Source: an uncultured Bacilli bacterium (GTDB lineage Bacteria > Bacillota_I > Bacilli_A > RF39 > UBA660). Taken from it: a stretch of DNA of 35,933 nucleotides. The DNA lies in assembly GCA_947630435.1 (NCBI GenBank), contig CANRHO010000002.1, positions 1 to 35,933 on the forward strand, read 5' to 3'. Every line of letters begins with the position of its first letter. The first letter of the stretch is position 1. Position numbers and translations under genes: made by a program. The notes under the pieces were generated by a model. The model saw only the letters and a list, made by a program, of their open reading frames with translations, was not told the origin of the DNA and did no database searches. Shown here in pieces: positions 16,263-25,140 of the stretch.

Positions 16263-16971
16263 TGATTTACTAAATTATAATAACTTAAAAATAGTTCAAA
16301 ATCCTGACTGGTTTAGTTTTTCCATAGATTCGGTTCTTTTAGCAAACTTTGTAAACACAAATAACAAAATGAAAATAATAGACTTTTGCACGGGTAATGC
16401 ACCTATACCGCTTTTTCTAAGTACCAAAACTAATTCTAAGATAGTTGGAGTTGAATTACAAGAAAAAGTATATCAATTAGCAAAAAAAAGTATAAAAATA
16501 AATAATTTAGAAAACCAAATAGAAATTCTTAACAATGATGTTAAGAATCTTTGTAATTTATATGAAACAGATACTTTTGACTTAATAACTTGTAATCCAC
16601 CTTATTTTAAAGTAAATGGTAAAAGTAATATTAATATAAATAAAGAAAAAGCTTTAGCAAGGCATGAAATCAATCTTACTTTGGATGATATATTTAGATG
16701 TTCTAAAAAAATATTAAAAAACAATGGTAAAATAGCTATGATACACAGAACTGATAGGTTAATAGACGTAATCATGGCAATGAAATCCAATAATATTGAG
16801 CCTAAAAGAATTCAATTTATTTATCCATTTAAGCATGGTAAATCAAACTTAGTCTTGATAGAGGGTGCTAAAAATGGTAATGCTGGATTAAATGTTCTTG
16901 AAAGCATTGTAATTCATAATGATAATGGTGATTATACAGATTATATAAATAACTTATTTAACGGAGGTTAA
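16249..16971 (+). CDS. SAM-dependent methyltransferase, YabB/TrmN6-like (tRNA m6A37 family)
   Basis: The D/N-PPY catalytic motif (CNPPYF) and a SAM-binding IIDFCTGNA. Its position corresponds to B. subtilis yabB. Confidence 0.75.
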   Translation: MEVINDLLNYNNLKIVQNPDWFSFSIDSVLLANFVNTNNKMKIIDFCTGNAPIPLFLSTKTNSKIVGVELQEKVYQLAKKSIKINNLENQIEILNNDVKNLCNLYETDTFDLITCNPPYFKVNGKSNININKEKALARHEINLTLDDIFRCSKKILKNNGKIAMIHRTDRLIDVIMAMKSNNIEPKRIQFIYPFKHGKSNLVLIEGAKNGNAGLNVLESIVIHNDNGDYTDYINNLFNGG

Positions 16972-16974
16972 AAA

Positions 16975-17550
16975 ATGAAAATAAAATTAATTGTTGGACT
17001 AGGAAATCCCGGTAAAGAATACAAAAATACCAGACATAATATTGGGTTTATGGTAATTGATGAAATCGCAAAAAGATTAGAAATTTTCAAATGGAAATCC
17101 CGTGATGGTGCGGAGTACTTTGATTGTTATTTGGATTTAGCACATGTTATTTTTATGAAACCCCAAGAATATATTAATTTGTCAGGAAATGCTATTAGTA
17201 AATTCGTTAAATATTTTGATATTAAAACCGAAGATATTTTAATCATTAGTGATGATTTAGATTTACCAGTAGGAAGTATAAAATTAAAAGAAAAAGGATC
17301 TTCTGGTGGACATAACGGTTTAAAAAGTATTGAAAAAAATCTAGGAACAAACGAATACAAAAGAATAAAGATTGGAATTTCAAATAATAAACAAATTGAT
17401 GCAAAAGATTATGTTTTAGGTAAATTAAATCAAACAGAGCAAAGGCATTTAAAACCAGTTATTGATATGGCTGCAGATGCGGCTTTAGCATCATTACATA
17501 CACCTTTTAATTCATTAATGAGTAAGTATAATACTAAAATAAAAAACTAG
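16975..17550 (+). CDS. pth: Peptidyl-tRNA hydrolase
   Basis: LIVGLGNPGKEYKNTRHNIGF and GGHNGLKSI motifs. Confidence 0.93.
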   Translation: MKIKLIVGLGNPGKEYKNTRHNIGFMVIDEIAKRLEIFKWKSRDGAEYFDCYLDLAHVIFMKPQEYINLSGNAISKFVKYFDIKTEDILIISDDLDLPVGSIKLKEKGSSGGHNGLKSIEKNLGTNEYKRIKIGISNNKQIDAKDYVLGKLNQTEQRHLKPVIDMAADAALASLHTPFNSLMSKYNTKIKN

Positions 17551-17565
17551 AAAATAGGTGATAAT

Positions 17566-20500
17566 ATGCTTTTTAACATTTTTAAAAATAAAATAATAGA
17601 TTCAAGTATTCCAGTTGATGTTATTGGTTTAAACAAAAAGGTCCAAGCAGCTTATGTTTGGAATCTTTTTAGTGTGACAAATGAAAGTATTTTAATTGTT
17701 ACTAATACCTTATATGAAGCTAATAACTTATATAAAGAGCTATACTTTAATAACAATAATGATGTATTATTTTTTCCAATGGATGATTTCATAGTTAGTG
17801 AAGCATTAGCAATATCACCAGACTTGATGGCAAAAAGAATAGAAACTTTAAATGAATTATCCACAACTAAAACCAAGAAGATTGTCATAACTAATTTAAT
17901 GGGATTTTTAAGATTTTTACCAGATAAGAATTTGTGGAAAACTTTAAATATAAATTTAAATATTAATTCTGTAGTTTCAAGGAATAAACTAATCGAAAAA
18001 CTAACATTGATTGGATATAAAAAAGAAAGCATAGTAACTAAAACAGGAGAATATGCAAATAGAGGTTATATATTAGATGTATTTCCTTATGGATTTGAAT
18101 ATCCCGTAAGAATAGAATTTTTCGATGAAGAGATAGAAAATATTCGTGAATTTGAGCCTTCTACACAATTATCTAAATCTAAAAAAGAAAATGTAAATAT
18201 AATGCCGTTTACGGAGTTTATAAATGAAAAAAAAGTAGATAATATACCAAAAAGGCAAAGCCTTCTTCCTAGGGTTGTCAATAAAGTATCTAGCTTAACT
18301 GACTATATGACTTCATTCACAACTGTTTTTATTGATTTAGATAATATAAAATTAGCATATAAAAGGATATTAGAAGAAGTAGTTGAATTTAAAGAAACAG
18401 ACACATTTAAAATAGAAAATTATATGTATGATTTAAATAGCTTAATTTCTAACAAATATATTAACATAACATCTGTGGATAATTATCGCAAAGATAAAAA
18501 TGCTGTGGAAAATTATGTTTCTTATGAAATAGAAAAGTTTAATGGTGATTATAATAAAATAAATAATTACATACTTAATATGTATTCAAAGGGTAAAACC
18601 ATATTAGTATGTTTAGAAGATAAATATATGATTTCTGACTTCATTAATAAAGTAAAGGTTCCATATATAATTACAAACGAAAATAATATAACAAAATTCT
18701 CCGTAAATATTATTAAAGAGAACATACCAACAGGCTTTGTATTAAATGATATGGTTTACTTATCTTCTAATGAATTATATCGATTAAATAAGGCAATAAA
18801 TTATAAAAGCAAGTTCAAATATGGTTCTAAAATAAAAGATGTTAATAAATTGAAAATTGGTGATTATGTAGTACATATGCAACACGGAATAGGAAAGTAT
18901 TTAGGAATTGTAACGCTTACTATAAAAAACATGAAAAAAGATTTTTTACACATAGAATATAAAGATTCTGATAAATTATATATTCCGGTGGAAAAAATTG
19001 AATATATAACCAAATATTCATCTAATGAAGGACTAATTCCTAAACTAAGTAAATTAGGGGGAACAGATTGGTCTAAACAAAAAGCAAGAATAAAAGGAAA
19101 AGTAAAAGACATAGCTAAAACTTTATTAGAAACATCAGCCAAACGGAAATTAGAATTAGGTTTTTCTTTTTTAAAAGATGATGAAGAACAAATGATATTT
19201 GAAAATAAGTTTGTTTATGAGGAAACCCCTGATCAATTACGGGCAATAAAAGAAATAAAAGAAGATATGGAAAAACCTTACCCAATGGATAGATTGCTAT
19301 GTGGTGATGTAGGTTATGGAAAAACTGAAGTAGCATTTAGAGCCATTTTTAAAGCAATAAGATCTGGAAAGCAAGTAGCGTTTTTATGTCCTACAACTAT
19401 TTTATCAAAACAACATTATGATAATGCTGTAGAAAGATTCATGAACTTTGGGGTTAATATAGCAGTTTTGAATAGATTTGTTACGCAAAAAAGAAAAAAT
19501 ACCATTTTAAGGGATTTAGAAAATGGTAAAATTGACTTAATTATTGGTACCCATAGATTATTAAGCTCTGACGTTAAATATAAAGATTTGGGATTATTAG
19601 TAATAGATGAAGAGCAACGCTTTGGAGTAACTCATAAAGAAAAAATAAAAGAATATAAAAATAGTATAGATGTACTTACGTTATCTGCAACACCAATTCC
19701 TAGAACTCTTCAAATGTCGCTTTCCAAAGTAAGAGGTCTTTCATTAATAGAAACTCCTCCAGCTTATAGATTTCCAATCCAGACATATGTTTTAAGAGAA
19801 AATGAACAAGTTATAAAGGATGCAATTTATAAAGAATTATCGCGTGACGGACAAGTTTTTTTCCTTTATAATAACGTATTAAAAATAGAAGAAGAAGTTG
19901 TTAGGGTAAAACGATTAGTACCAGAAGCTAAGGTAACTTATATTCATGGTCAAATGAATAAAAATCAAATAGAGATGACGATGGAAAACTTTATTAATAA
20001 AGAGTTTGATGTTCTAATTTGTACAACAATAATTGAAACCGGAATTGACATAGAAAATGCTAATACGTTAATTGTTCTTGATGCTGATCATTTTGGGCTT
20101 AGTCAGTTATATCAAATACGTGGTAGAATAGGAAGGGGAAAAAACATCGCATATGCGTACTTAATGTATAATAAAACTAAAGAACTAAATGATATCGCAG
20201 TAAAAAGATTAGATGCTATAAAAGAATTTACTGAATTAGGTAGTGGTTATGCTTTAGCTGTTCGCGATTTAGCAATACGTGGAGCTGGTGATATTCTTGG
20301 ATCAGAACAATCTGGATTTATTGATACCGTAGGTTATGATATGTATTTAAAAATATTAAATGAAGAAATAAAACGTTTAAAGGATAACGTTAAAGAAGAT
20401 GAAGAAAGTGAAACACTAGAGGAAAAGCCATTTATACAGGTTGCAACACACATAAGTGATAAATATGCTGACAGCGAGGATTTAAAAATAGAAATACATA

Positions 20501-20862
20501 AAAAAATCAACACTATTAATGATTATGATAGCTTTATTAAAGTAAAAAAAGAATTGACCGATCGTTTTGGAATTCTTGATGAAGAGATAATTATTTATAT
20601 GCTAGAAGAATTATTTGAGCAGAAGGCCAAGAAAAAAGGTGTATTTAAAGTTGAGCAAACCAAAGATTACATAACAATGTTTTTTAATAAGAAAGCATCA
20701 AGGAAACAAAATGGTGCAGAACTTTTGTCATCCCTATTTGAAATAAATAAAGATTTCGATGTTAAGTTCATTAATGATATTTTTAAGATCACTCTTCCTT
20801 TTAAAAACCTAGATAAACATTTTCTGTATTATTTAATAAAAATGATTGATGTATTTGAATAA
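17566..20862 (+). CDS. mfd: Transcription-repair coupling factor
   Basis: 1098 aa with a CarD-like domain (GDYVVHMQHGIGKY), SF2 helicase motifs (GDVGYGKTEVA, DEEQRFG, LSATPIPRT, QLYQIRGRIGR) and a TRG motif region. Confidence 0.95.
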   Translation: MLFNIFKNKIIDSSIPVDVIGLNKKVQAAYVWNLFSVTNESILIVTNTLYEANNLYKELYFNNNNDVLFFPMDDFIVSEALAISPDLMAKRIETLNELSTTKTKKIVITNLMGFLRFLPDKNLWKTLNINLNINSVVSRNKLIEKLTLIGYKKESIVTKTGEYANRGYILDVFPYGFEYPVRIEFFDEEIENIREFEPSTQLSKSKKENVNIMPFTEFINEKKVDNIPKRQSLLPRVVNKVSSLTDYMTSFTTVFIDLDNIKLAYKRILEEVVEFKETDTFKIENYMYDLNSLISNKYINITSVDNYRKDKNAVENYVSYEIEKFNGDYNKINNYILNMYSKGKTILVCLEDKYMISDFINKVKVPYIITNENNITKFSVNIIKENIPTGFVLNDMVYLSSNELYRLNKAINYKSKFKYGSKIKDVNKLKIGDYVVHMQHGIGKYLGIVTLTIKNMKKDFLHIEYKDSDKLYIPVEKIEYITKYSSNEGLIPKLSKLGGTDWSKQKARIKGKVKDIAKTLLETSAKRKLELGFSFLKDDEEQMIFENKFVYEETPDQLRAIKEIKEDMEKPYPMDRLLCGDVGYGKTEVAFRAIFKAIRSGKQVAFLCPTTILSKQHYDNAVERFMNFGVNIAVLNRFVTQKRKNTILRDLENGKIDLIIGTHRLLSSDVKYKDLGLLVIDEEQRFGVTHKEKIKEYKNSIDVLTLSATPIPRTLQMSLSKVRGLSLIETPPAYRFPIQTYVLRENEQVIKDAIYKELSRDGQVFFLYNNVLKIEEEVVRVKRLVPEAKVTYIHGQMNKNQIEMTMENFINKEFDVLICTTIIETGIDIENANTLIVLDADHFGLSQLYQIRGRIGRGKNIAYAYLMYNKTKELNDIAVKRLDAIKEFTELGSGYALAVRDLAIRGAGDILGSEQSGFIDTVGYDMYLKILNEEIKRLKDNVKEDEESETLEEKPFIQVATHISDKYADSEDLKIEIHKKINTINDYDSFIKVKKELTDRFGILDEEIIIYMLEELFEQKAKKKGVFKVEQTKDYITMFFNKKASRKQNGAELLSSLFEINKDFDVKFINDIFKITLPFKNLDKHFLYYLIKMIDVFE

Positions 20863-20905
20863 AAAATACAATTTTATACATTCTAAAAAAGAAGGGAAGA
20901 ATTGT

Positions 20906-21418
20906 ATGAAAACGACGGGAATAACTAGAAGAATAGATGAATTAGGAAGGATAGTAATACCAAAAGAAATAAGAAAAAACATGCATTTAAAAACTGGAGA
21001 ATTATTAGAAATTTTTTTAGAAGATGAAACAATTAATTTAAAGAAACATTCAATTATAGATAAAAACCAAGAATTTTTACAATATTATGTTGAAGTTTTA
21101 GCAAATAAATTATCTGCAGAAATTTATATTACAACATTAAGTGATATAGCATTTTCAAGTGAAGAAAAAATAATTGGAGAAAAACTATCGTCAAAATTAG
21201 AAAATTTAATCACTAATAATGTTAACCTTAGTGACATCAACCTAGTAAATTTAACAGATGATAAAAAAATTGATAATTCCCATATTTATTCTTTAAGACC
21301 TAATGGAGATTTATCTGGATTATTAATAATAAGTTATAATAGTAACAATCATGCTAATTATGATGAATTAATAAAATTCACAACATCATTTTTTGAAAAA
21401 TATTTTGAAAATATTTAG
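20906..21418 (+). CDS. spoVT: Stage V sporulation protein T-like regulator (AbrB/SpoVT N-domain plus a GAF-like C-domain)
   Basis: MKTTGITRRIDELGRIVIPKEIRKNMHLKTGELLEIF closely parallels the N-terminus of B. subtilis SpoVT. Length is ~170 aa. It follows mfd as in Bacillus. Confidence 0.8.
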   Translation: MKTTGITRRIDELGRIVIPKEIRKNMHLKTGELLEIFLEDETINLKKHSIIDKNQEFLQYYVEVLANKLSAEIYITTLSDIAFSSEEKIIGEKLSSKLENLITNNVNLSDINLVNLTDDKKIDNSHIYSLRPNGDLSGLLIISYNSNNHANYDELIKFTTSFFEKYFENI

Positions 21419-21552
21419 TATGGTGTAAAATTTTTGTCTAATTTTGAAATTAATTGTCTTTGTTGTTTACTAGCTTTTTTAAATATGTTATATTTTAAAC
21501 GTTGTATCAAGTAGTATCTGTTATAAATATAAAGGGAAAGGAAGATCTTTTG

Positions 21553-21735
21553 ATGCACCGTAATAAGTTAATAAAAAATACCAAGGATTTTATAGGCAAA
21601 TTGATATTTTTCTTAATATTATTAACTTTTTCAATATTAATGTATTTTGAAAGTCATACTATTATTGATGTTATTTATTTTGTTTTAGTATGTATATTAT
21701 TTTTTAAGTTTATAACAGTGAAATTATATCATTAA
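21553..21735 (+). CDS. Hypothetical small two-TM membrane protein
   Basis: An RBS-like GGGAAAGGAAG precedes the ATG at 21553. The 60-aa product has two hydrophobic helices. I recognise no family. Confidence 0.35.
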   Translation: MHRNKLIKNTKDFIGKLIFFLILLTFSILMYFESHTIIDVIYFVLVCILFFKFITVKLYH

Positions 21736-21762
21736 TATGATATAATTTTTTTGGTGATATAA

Positions 21763-22515
21763 ATGTTAATAGATGCACATTGTCATTTGCTATCATCTTG
21801 TTACGATAACGTTGAAAAAGAAATAGAAAAAGCTATTCAAGGTGGAGTTAAAAAGCTTATTATAAACGGATTTGATGTTGAAAGCAGTAAAGAAGCTGTT
21901 GAATTATCAAAAAAATATAAAGAAGTTTATGCTGCCGTGGGAATCGGCCCAGAAAACGTCGATACAATAAGTGATGTTGATATAAGTACAATATCTAACT
22001 TATCATTAAGTAAAAAGGTGGTTGCAATAGGAGAAATAGGATTGGATTATTATTGGACGAAAGAAAATAAAGATTTGCAAATAAAAATATTAAAAAGTAT
22101 GCTTAAAATAGCTAAAAATAGAAAATTACCAGTAATAGTTCATAACAGAGAGGCAACTGACGACATATATAGTTATCTAAAAGAATATAATGTAACAGGG
22201 ATAATGCATTGTTTTTCAGGAAGCGTGGAAACTGCTAATAGATTTATTAAACTTGGCTTTTTAATAGGTATTGGTGGTGTGGTAACGTTTAAAAATGCTA
22301 AAAAAATAAAAGACGTTGTAAAAAATATTCCTTTAAGGGCTATTTCTTTAGAAACAGATAGTCCATATCTTACTCCAGAACCATATCGAGGTAAGAAAAA
22401 TAACCCGGATAAACTTCCTTTTATAGTAAGTGAAATTGCTAAATTAAAGGGTATAACAAATGCTGATGTAATAAAGCAAACGGGCACTAACGTAAGATCA
22501 AAATTTGACTTATAA
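21763..22515 (+). CDS. tatD: TatD-family metal-dependent deoxyribonuclease/hydrolase
   Basis: MLIDAHCHL..., GEIGLDYYW, VIVHNREA, GIMHCFSG and LETDSPYL motifs. Confidence 0.9.
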   Translation: MLIDAHCHLLSSCYDNVEKEIEKAIQGGVKKLIINGFDVESSKEAVELSKKYKEVYAAVGIGPENVDTISDVDISTISNLSLSKKVVAIGEIGLDYYWTKENKDLQIKILKSMLKIAKNRKLPVIVHNREATDDIYSYLKEYNVTGIMHCFSGSVETANRFIKLGFLIGIGGVVTFKNAKKIKDVVKNIPLRAISLETDSPYLTPEPYRGKKNNPDKLPFIVSEIAKLKGITNADVIKQTGTNVRSKFDL

Positions 22516-22571
22516 TAGTATATATGTTATTATTAGGTACGAACTCAGAAAATGGGTATGAGGTGAACAAA

Positions 22572-23153
22572 GTGAAACATTTTAATAGAAAAATTAAAAG
22601 TGCTTTACTAATATTAGTTATATGTTTAGTAGCATTTATTGGTTTTTCAAAAGCTGGGATATTATTTTCCAATAGCGGTAAAGATGTTATAACAGTTTCG
22701 ACATCTAAAAAAACATTTGATCCTAGTAATTATGTTGCTAGTGTCGCAAATACTACGATAGCAAAAGGAGAAACAACCGTTCCAGAAACAACAACAACGA
22801 CTAAATCACAGTTTGCTGTTGCACCTGTGAGTAGTTGGTCTGGAGATAAGCTATCAAAAGGAAAAGGTGTTGTTATTGGTCCATCTGGTAAGGAAACATA
22901 CTATAATTTAAACATGACAAGTGTGGTAAATGCTATGAGGCATATGGGGTATTCAGAAGTAGAATATCCATACTGGATTCGTGAAGATGGTGTTAAAATG
23001 CTTGGTGGTTATGTTATGGTAGCAGCAAATTATAAAATTCGTCCAAGAGGAACAATAATAGAAAGTTCTTTAGGATATGCGATAGTTTGTGATACTGGAT
23101 CGTTTGCTAATACAAATCCAACTCAAATTGATGTAGCAGTTAATTGGCGATAA
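22572..23153 (+). CDS. Secreted or membrane-anchored protein with a C-terminal 3D-like (MltA/RlpA-type double-psi beta-barrel) domain, YabE-like position
   Basis: The GTG at 22572 lies 6 nt after GAGGTG. There is an N-terminal TM/signal (ALLILVICLVAFIGF). The C-terminal VMVAANYKIRPRGTIIESSLGYAIVCDTGSF...QIDVAVNW resembles the 3D-domain pattern (AVD..IP.GT...G.....DTG....IDV). It sits between tatD and rsmA, like B. subtilis yabE, but is much shorter. Confidence 0.45.
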   Translation: MKHFNRKIKSALLILVICLVAFIGFSKAGILFSNSGKDVITVSTSKKTFDPSNYVASVANTTIAKGETTVPETTTTTKSQFAVAPVSSWSGDKLSKGKGVVIGPSGKETYYNLNMTSVVNAMRHMGYSEVEYPYWIREDGVKMLGGYVMVAANYKIRPRGTIIESSLGYAIVCDTGSFANTNPTQIDVAVNWR

Positions 23154-23173
23154 TTTAAATATTATGATAAAAT

Positions 23174-23207
23174 AAAAACAAATAAAATTATTTTATTTGT
23201 TTTTTTG
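23174..23207 (+). terminator. Putative terminator after the 3D-domain gene
   Basis: Perfect AT-rich stem ACAAATAAAA/TTTTATTTGT (23178-23187 pairing with 23191-23200), loop TTA, then a T-run. Confidence 0.5.
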
Positions 23208-23221
23208 TATGAGGTATATTT

Positions 23222-24037
23222 ATGAAAATAAAGGAAATATTAAATGAAAATAAATTTGTATTTAAAAAAAAGTTTGGTCAAAATTTTTTACTAGATCAAA
23301 ACATTTTAAATAATATAGTATCATTAGCAAATATAACTAAAGATACTCTTGTTATAGAAATAGGTGTAGGTGCAGCAGCTTTGACTAAAAAATTAAGCGT
23401 TGTTTCAAAAAATGTTATTGGTTATGAAATAGATACAACATTAAAGAAACCGCTTGAAAGTATATTGTCTGAATATGATAACATAGATATTATATATGAT
23501 GATTTTTTAAACAGGGATATTAAAAAAGATATAAAAAAATATAGTTTTAAGCATGTTATGGTAGTTGCAAATCTTCCGTATTATATAACAACACCAATTA
23601 TCACGAAATTTATCAATGAAAAAATAGACGTTGATAAAATAATAGTTATGGTTCAAAATGAAGTTGCTAATCGTTTTTCTGCAAAACCAGGAACTAAATC
23701 CTATAATTCATTAACTATATTTTTGAATTATTATTTTGATATAAAAAAAGCTTTTACCGTATCAAGAAACGCCTTTTATCCAAAACCTAACGTTGATTCG
23801 GCAGTAGTAATTTTTACAAAGAAAATTAAAAAAATAAAAATATTAAATGAAAGTTTGTTTTTTAAATTAGTGAAAGATTCTTTTGATAAAAAAAGAAAAA
23901 CTTTAAAAAACAATTTAAAAGACTATAATTTAGATAAAATTAATGAAGTGTTAAATAAACATAATAAAAACATAAATAATCGTGCGGAAACGATAACAAT
24001 AGAAGAATTTGCTGAAATTTCTAATTTCTTAACCTAA
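23222..24037 (+). CDS. rsmA: 16S rRNA (adenine1518/1519-N6)-dimethyltransferase
   Basis: KKKFGQNFL, a SAM-binding EIGVGAAALT and ANLPYYITTPI motifs. Confidence 0.93.
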   Translation: MKIKEILNENKFVFKKKFGQNFLLDQNILNNIVSLANITKDTLVIEIGVGAAALTKKLSVVSKNVIGYEIDTTLKKPLESILSEYDNIDIIYDDFLNRDIKKDIKKYSFKHVMVVANLPYYITTPIITKFINEKIDVDKIIVMVQNEVANRFSAKPGTKSYNSLTIFLNYYFDIKKAFTVSRNAFYPKPNVDSAVVIFTKKIKKIKILNESLFFKLVKDSFDKKRKTLKNNLKDYNLDKINEVLNKHNKNINNRAETITIEEFAEISNFLT

Positions 24038-24059
24038 ACAATCATGTTTAGGTTTTTTT
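24031..24059 (+). terminator. Terminator after rsmA
   Basis: Stem AACCTAAACA/TGTTTAGGTT around loop ATCA, followed by TTTTTTT. It overlaps the rsmA stop codon. Confidence 0.7.
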
Positions 24060-24079
24060 AACATATACTTATTTTGGTG

Positions 24080-24832
24080 ATGATGATGTTTAAAGTAGGA
24101 GATTCAGTAACCAGGATATCGCATGGTAATGATGTAATATTTAAGATAGAAAAGATAGTGGACGAAGTAGCTTATTTAAAGGGGGTAAACGTAAGATTAT
24201 GCGCAGATAGCAATATAAATGATTTGATTCTTGTAACTACTAAAGAAAATAGCAGTGACAGAGAATTTTATGAAAAATTAGAAAAAATAAGAAACTTCGA
24301 AAGGAGCGATTATTTTTATATTCCAGGTAAGATTCTTCATGTTGATGGGGACAGAGAATATTTAAATAGATGTCTTGAATTTTATAAAAAGGCTAACGTT
24401 TTAGCCTTTGGTGTATATTCTCCGGAGAATCAAATGGCTTTAAATATTGAAAAATATTTAGAGGATATAAATCCAGATATTGTCGTTATTACTGGGCATG
24501 ATTCTTTAATAAAACAAAACTCAAAATATTTTGTTGACGCTGTAAAAGTGTGTCGAAAATACCAAAAAGATTATGATAAATTAATAATTATTGCGGGAGC
24601 TTGTCAATCTGAGTATGATAAACTAATTAAATCTGGAGCAAACTTTGCCTCAAGTCCTAAAAAAATAAACATTCATGCTCTTGATCCAGCAATCATTGCA
24701 TTATCTCTTAGTTTATGTGATAAAAATAAAAACGTTAATTTACTTGAATTACTAGAAAAAACAAGTAATGGTAAGGATGGTATTGGAGGGGTAAGTACAA
24801 GAGGAGTAATGACTATGGGGTATCCTAGGTAA
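24080..24832 (+). CDS. yabG: Sporulation-specific protease YabG (peptidase U57 family)
   Basis: FKVGDSVTRISHGNDVIFKIEKI..., ILHVDGD, VVITGHDS and the IIAGACQS pattern typical of YabG. The start is ambiguous: TTG 24074, GTG 24077 and ATG 24080/24083/24086 are all in frame. Confidence 0.8.
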   Translation: MMMFKVGDSVTRISHGNDVIFKIEKIVDEVAYLKGVNVRLCADSNINDLILVTTKENSSDREFYEKLEKIRNFERSDYFYIPGKILHVDGDREYLNRCLEFYKKANVLAFGVYSPENQMALNIEKYLEDINPDIVVITGHDSLIKQNSKYFVDAVKVCRKYQKDYDKLIIIAGACQSEYDKLIKSGANFASSPKKINIHALDPAIIALSLSLCDKNKNVNLLELLEKTSNGKDGIGGVSTRGVMTMGYPR

Positions 24833-24844
24833 GGTAGATAAATT

Positions 24845-25054
24845 ATGCTTGAAGAAATAAAAAAGAAAGTAGAACAACTAAGGGGTAAAAAAATAAAAAT
24901 ATTGGTAGATATAGGAAGAAATAAAAGTGAGGCATACGAAGGAGTCATTTTACATACTTATAAAAACATATGGACCTTTAAAACTAAAACTGATGTAAAA
25001 AGTTTTGGATACTCAGATTTACTAATAAAAAGTGTTATAATAAGTTCATTATAA
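24845..25054 (+). CDS. veg: Veg-family protein
   Basis: 69-aa protein. IKKKVEQLRGKKIKILVDIGRNKSEAYEGVILHTY...FGYSDLL parallels B. subtilis Veg ([35 protein letters not shown]...VSYSYADIL). It follows yabG as in Bacillus. Confidence 0.75.
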   Translation: MLEEIKKKVEQLRGKKIKILVDIGRNKSEAYEGVILHTYKNIWTFKTKTDVKSFGYSDLLIKSVIISSL

Positions 25055-25068
25055 ATGAACTTTTTTTG
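25043..25068 (+). terminator. Terminator after veg
   Basis: Stem AGTTCAT/ATGAACT (25043-25049 pairing with 25055-25061), then TTTTTT. Confidence 0.65.
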
Positions 25069-25140
25069 CTGTGATTGTTGATTTTTATGTCTTTTTATGA
25101 TTAAATTAAGATGTATATACTAGAATGGAGGAATTCTACC

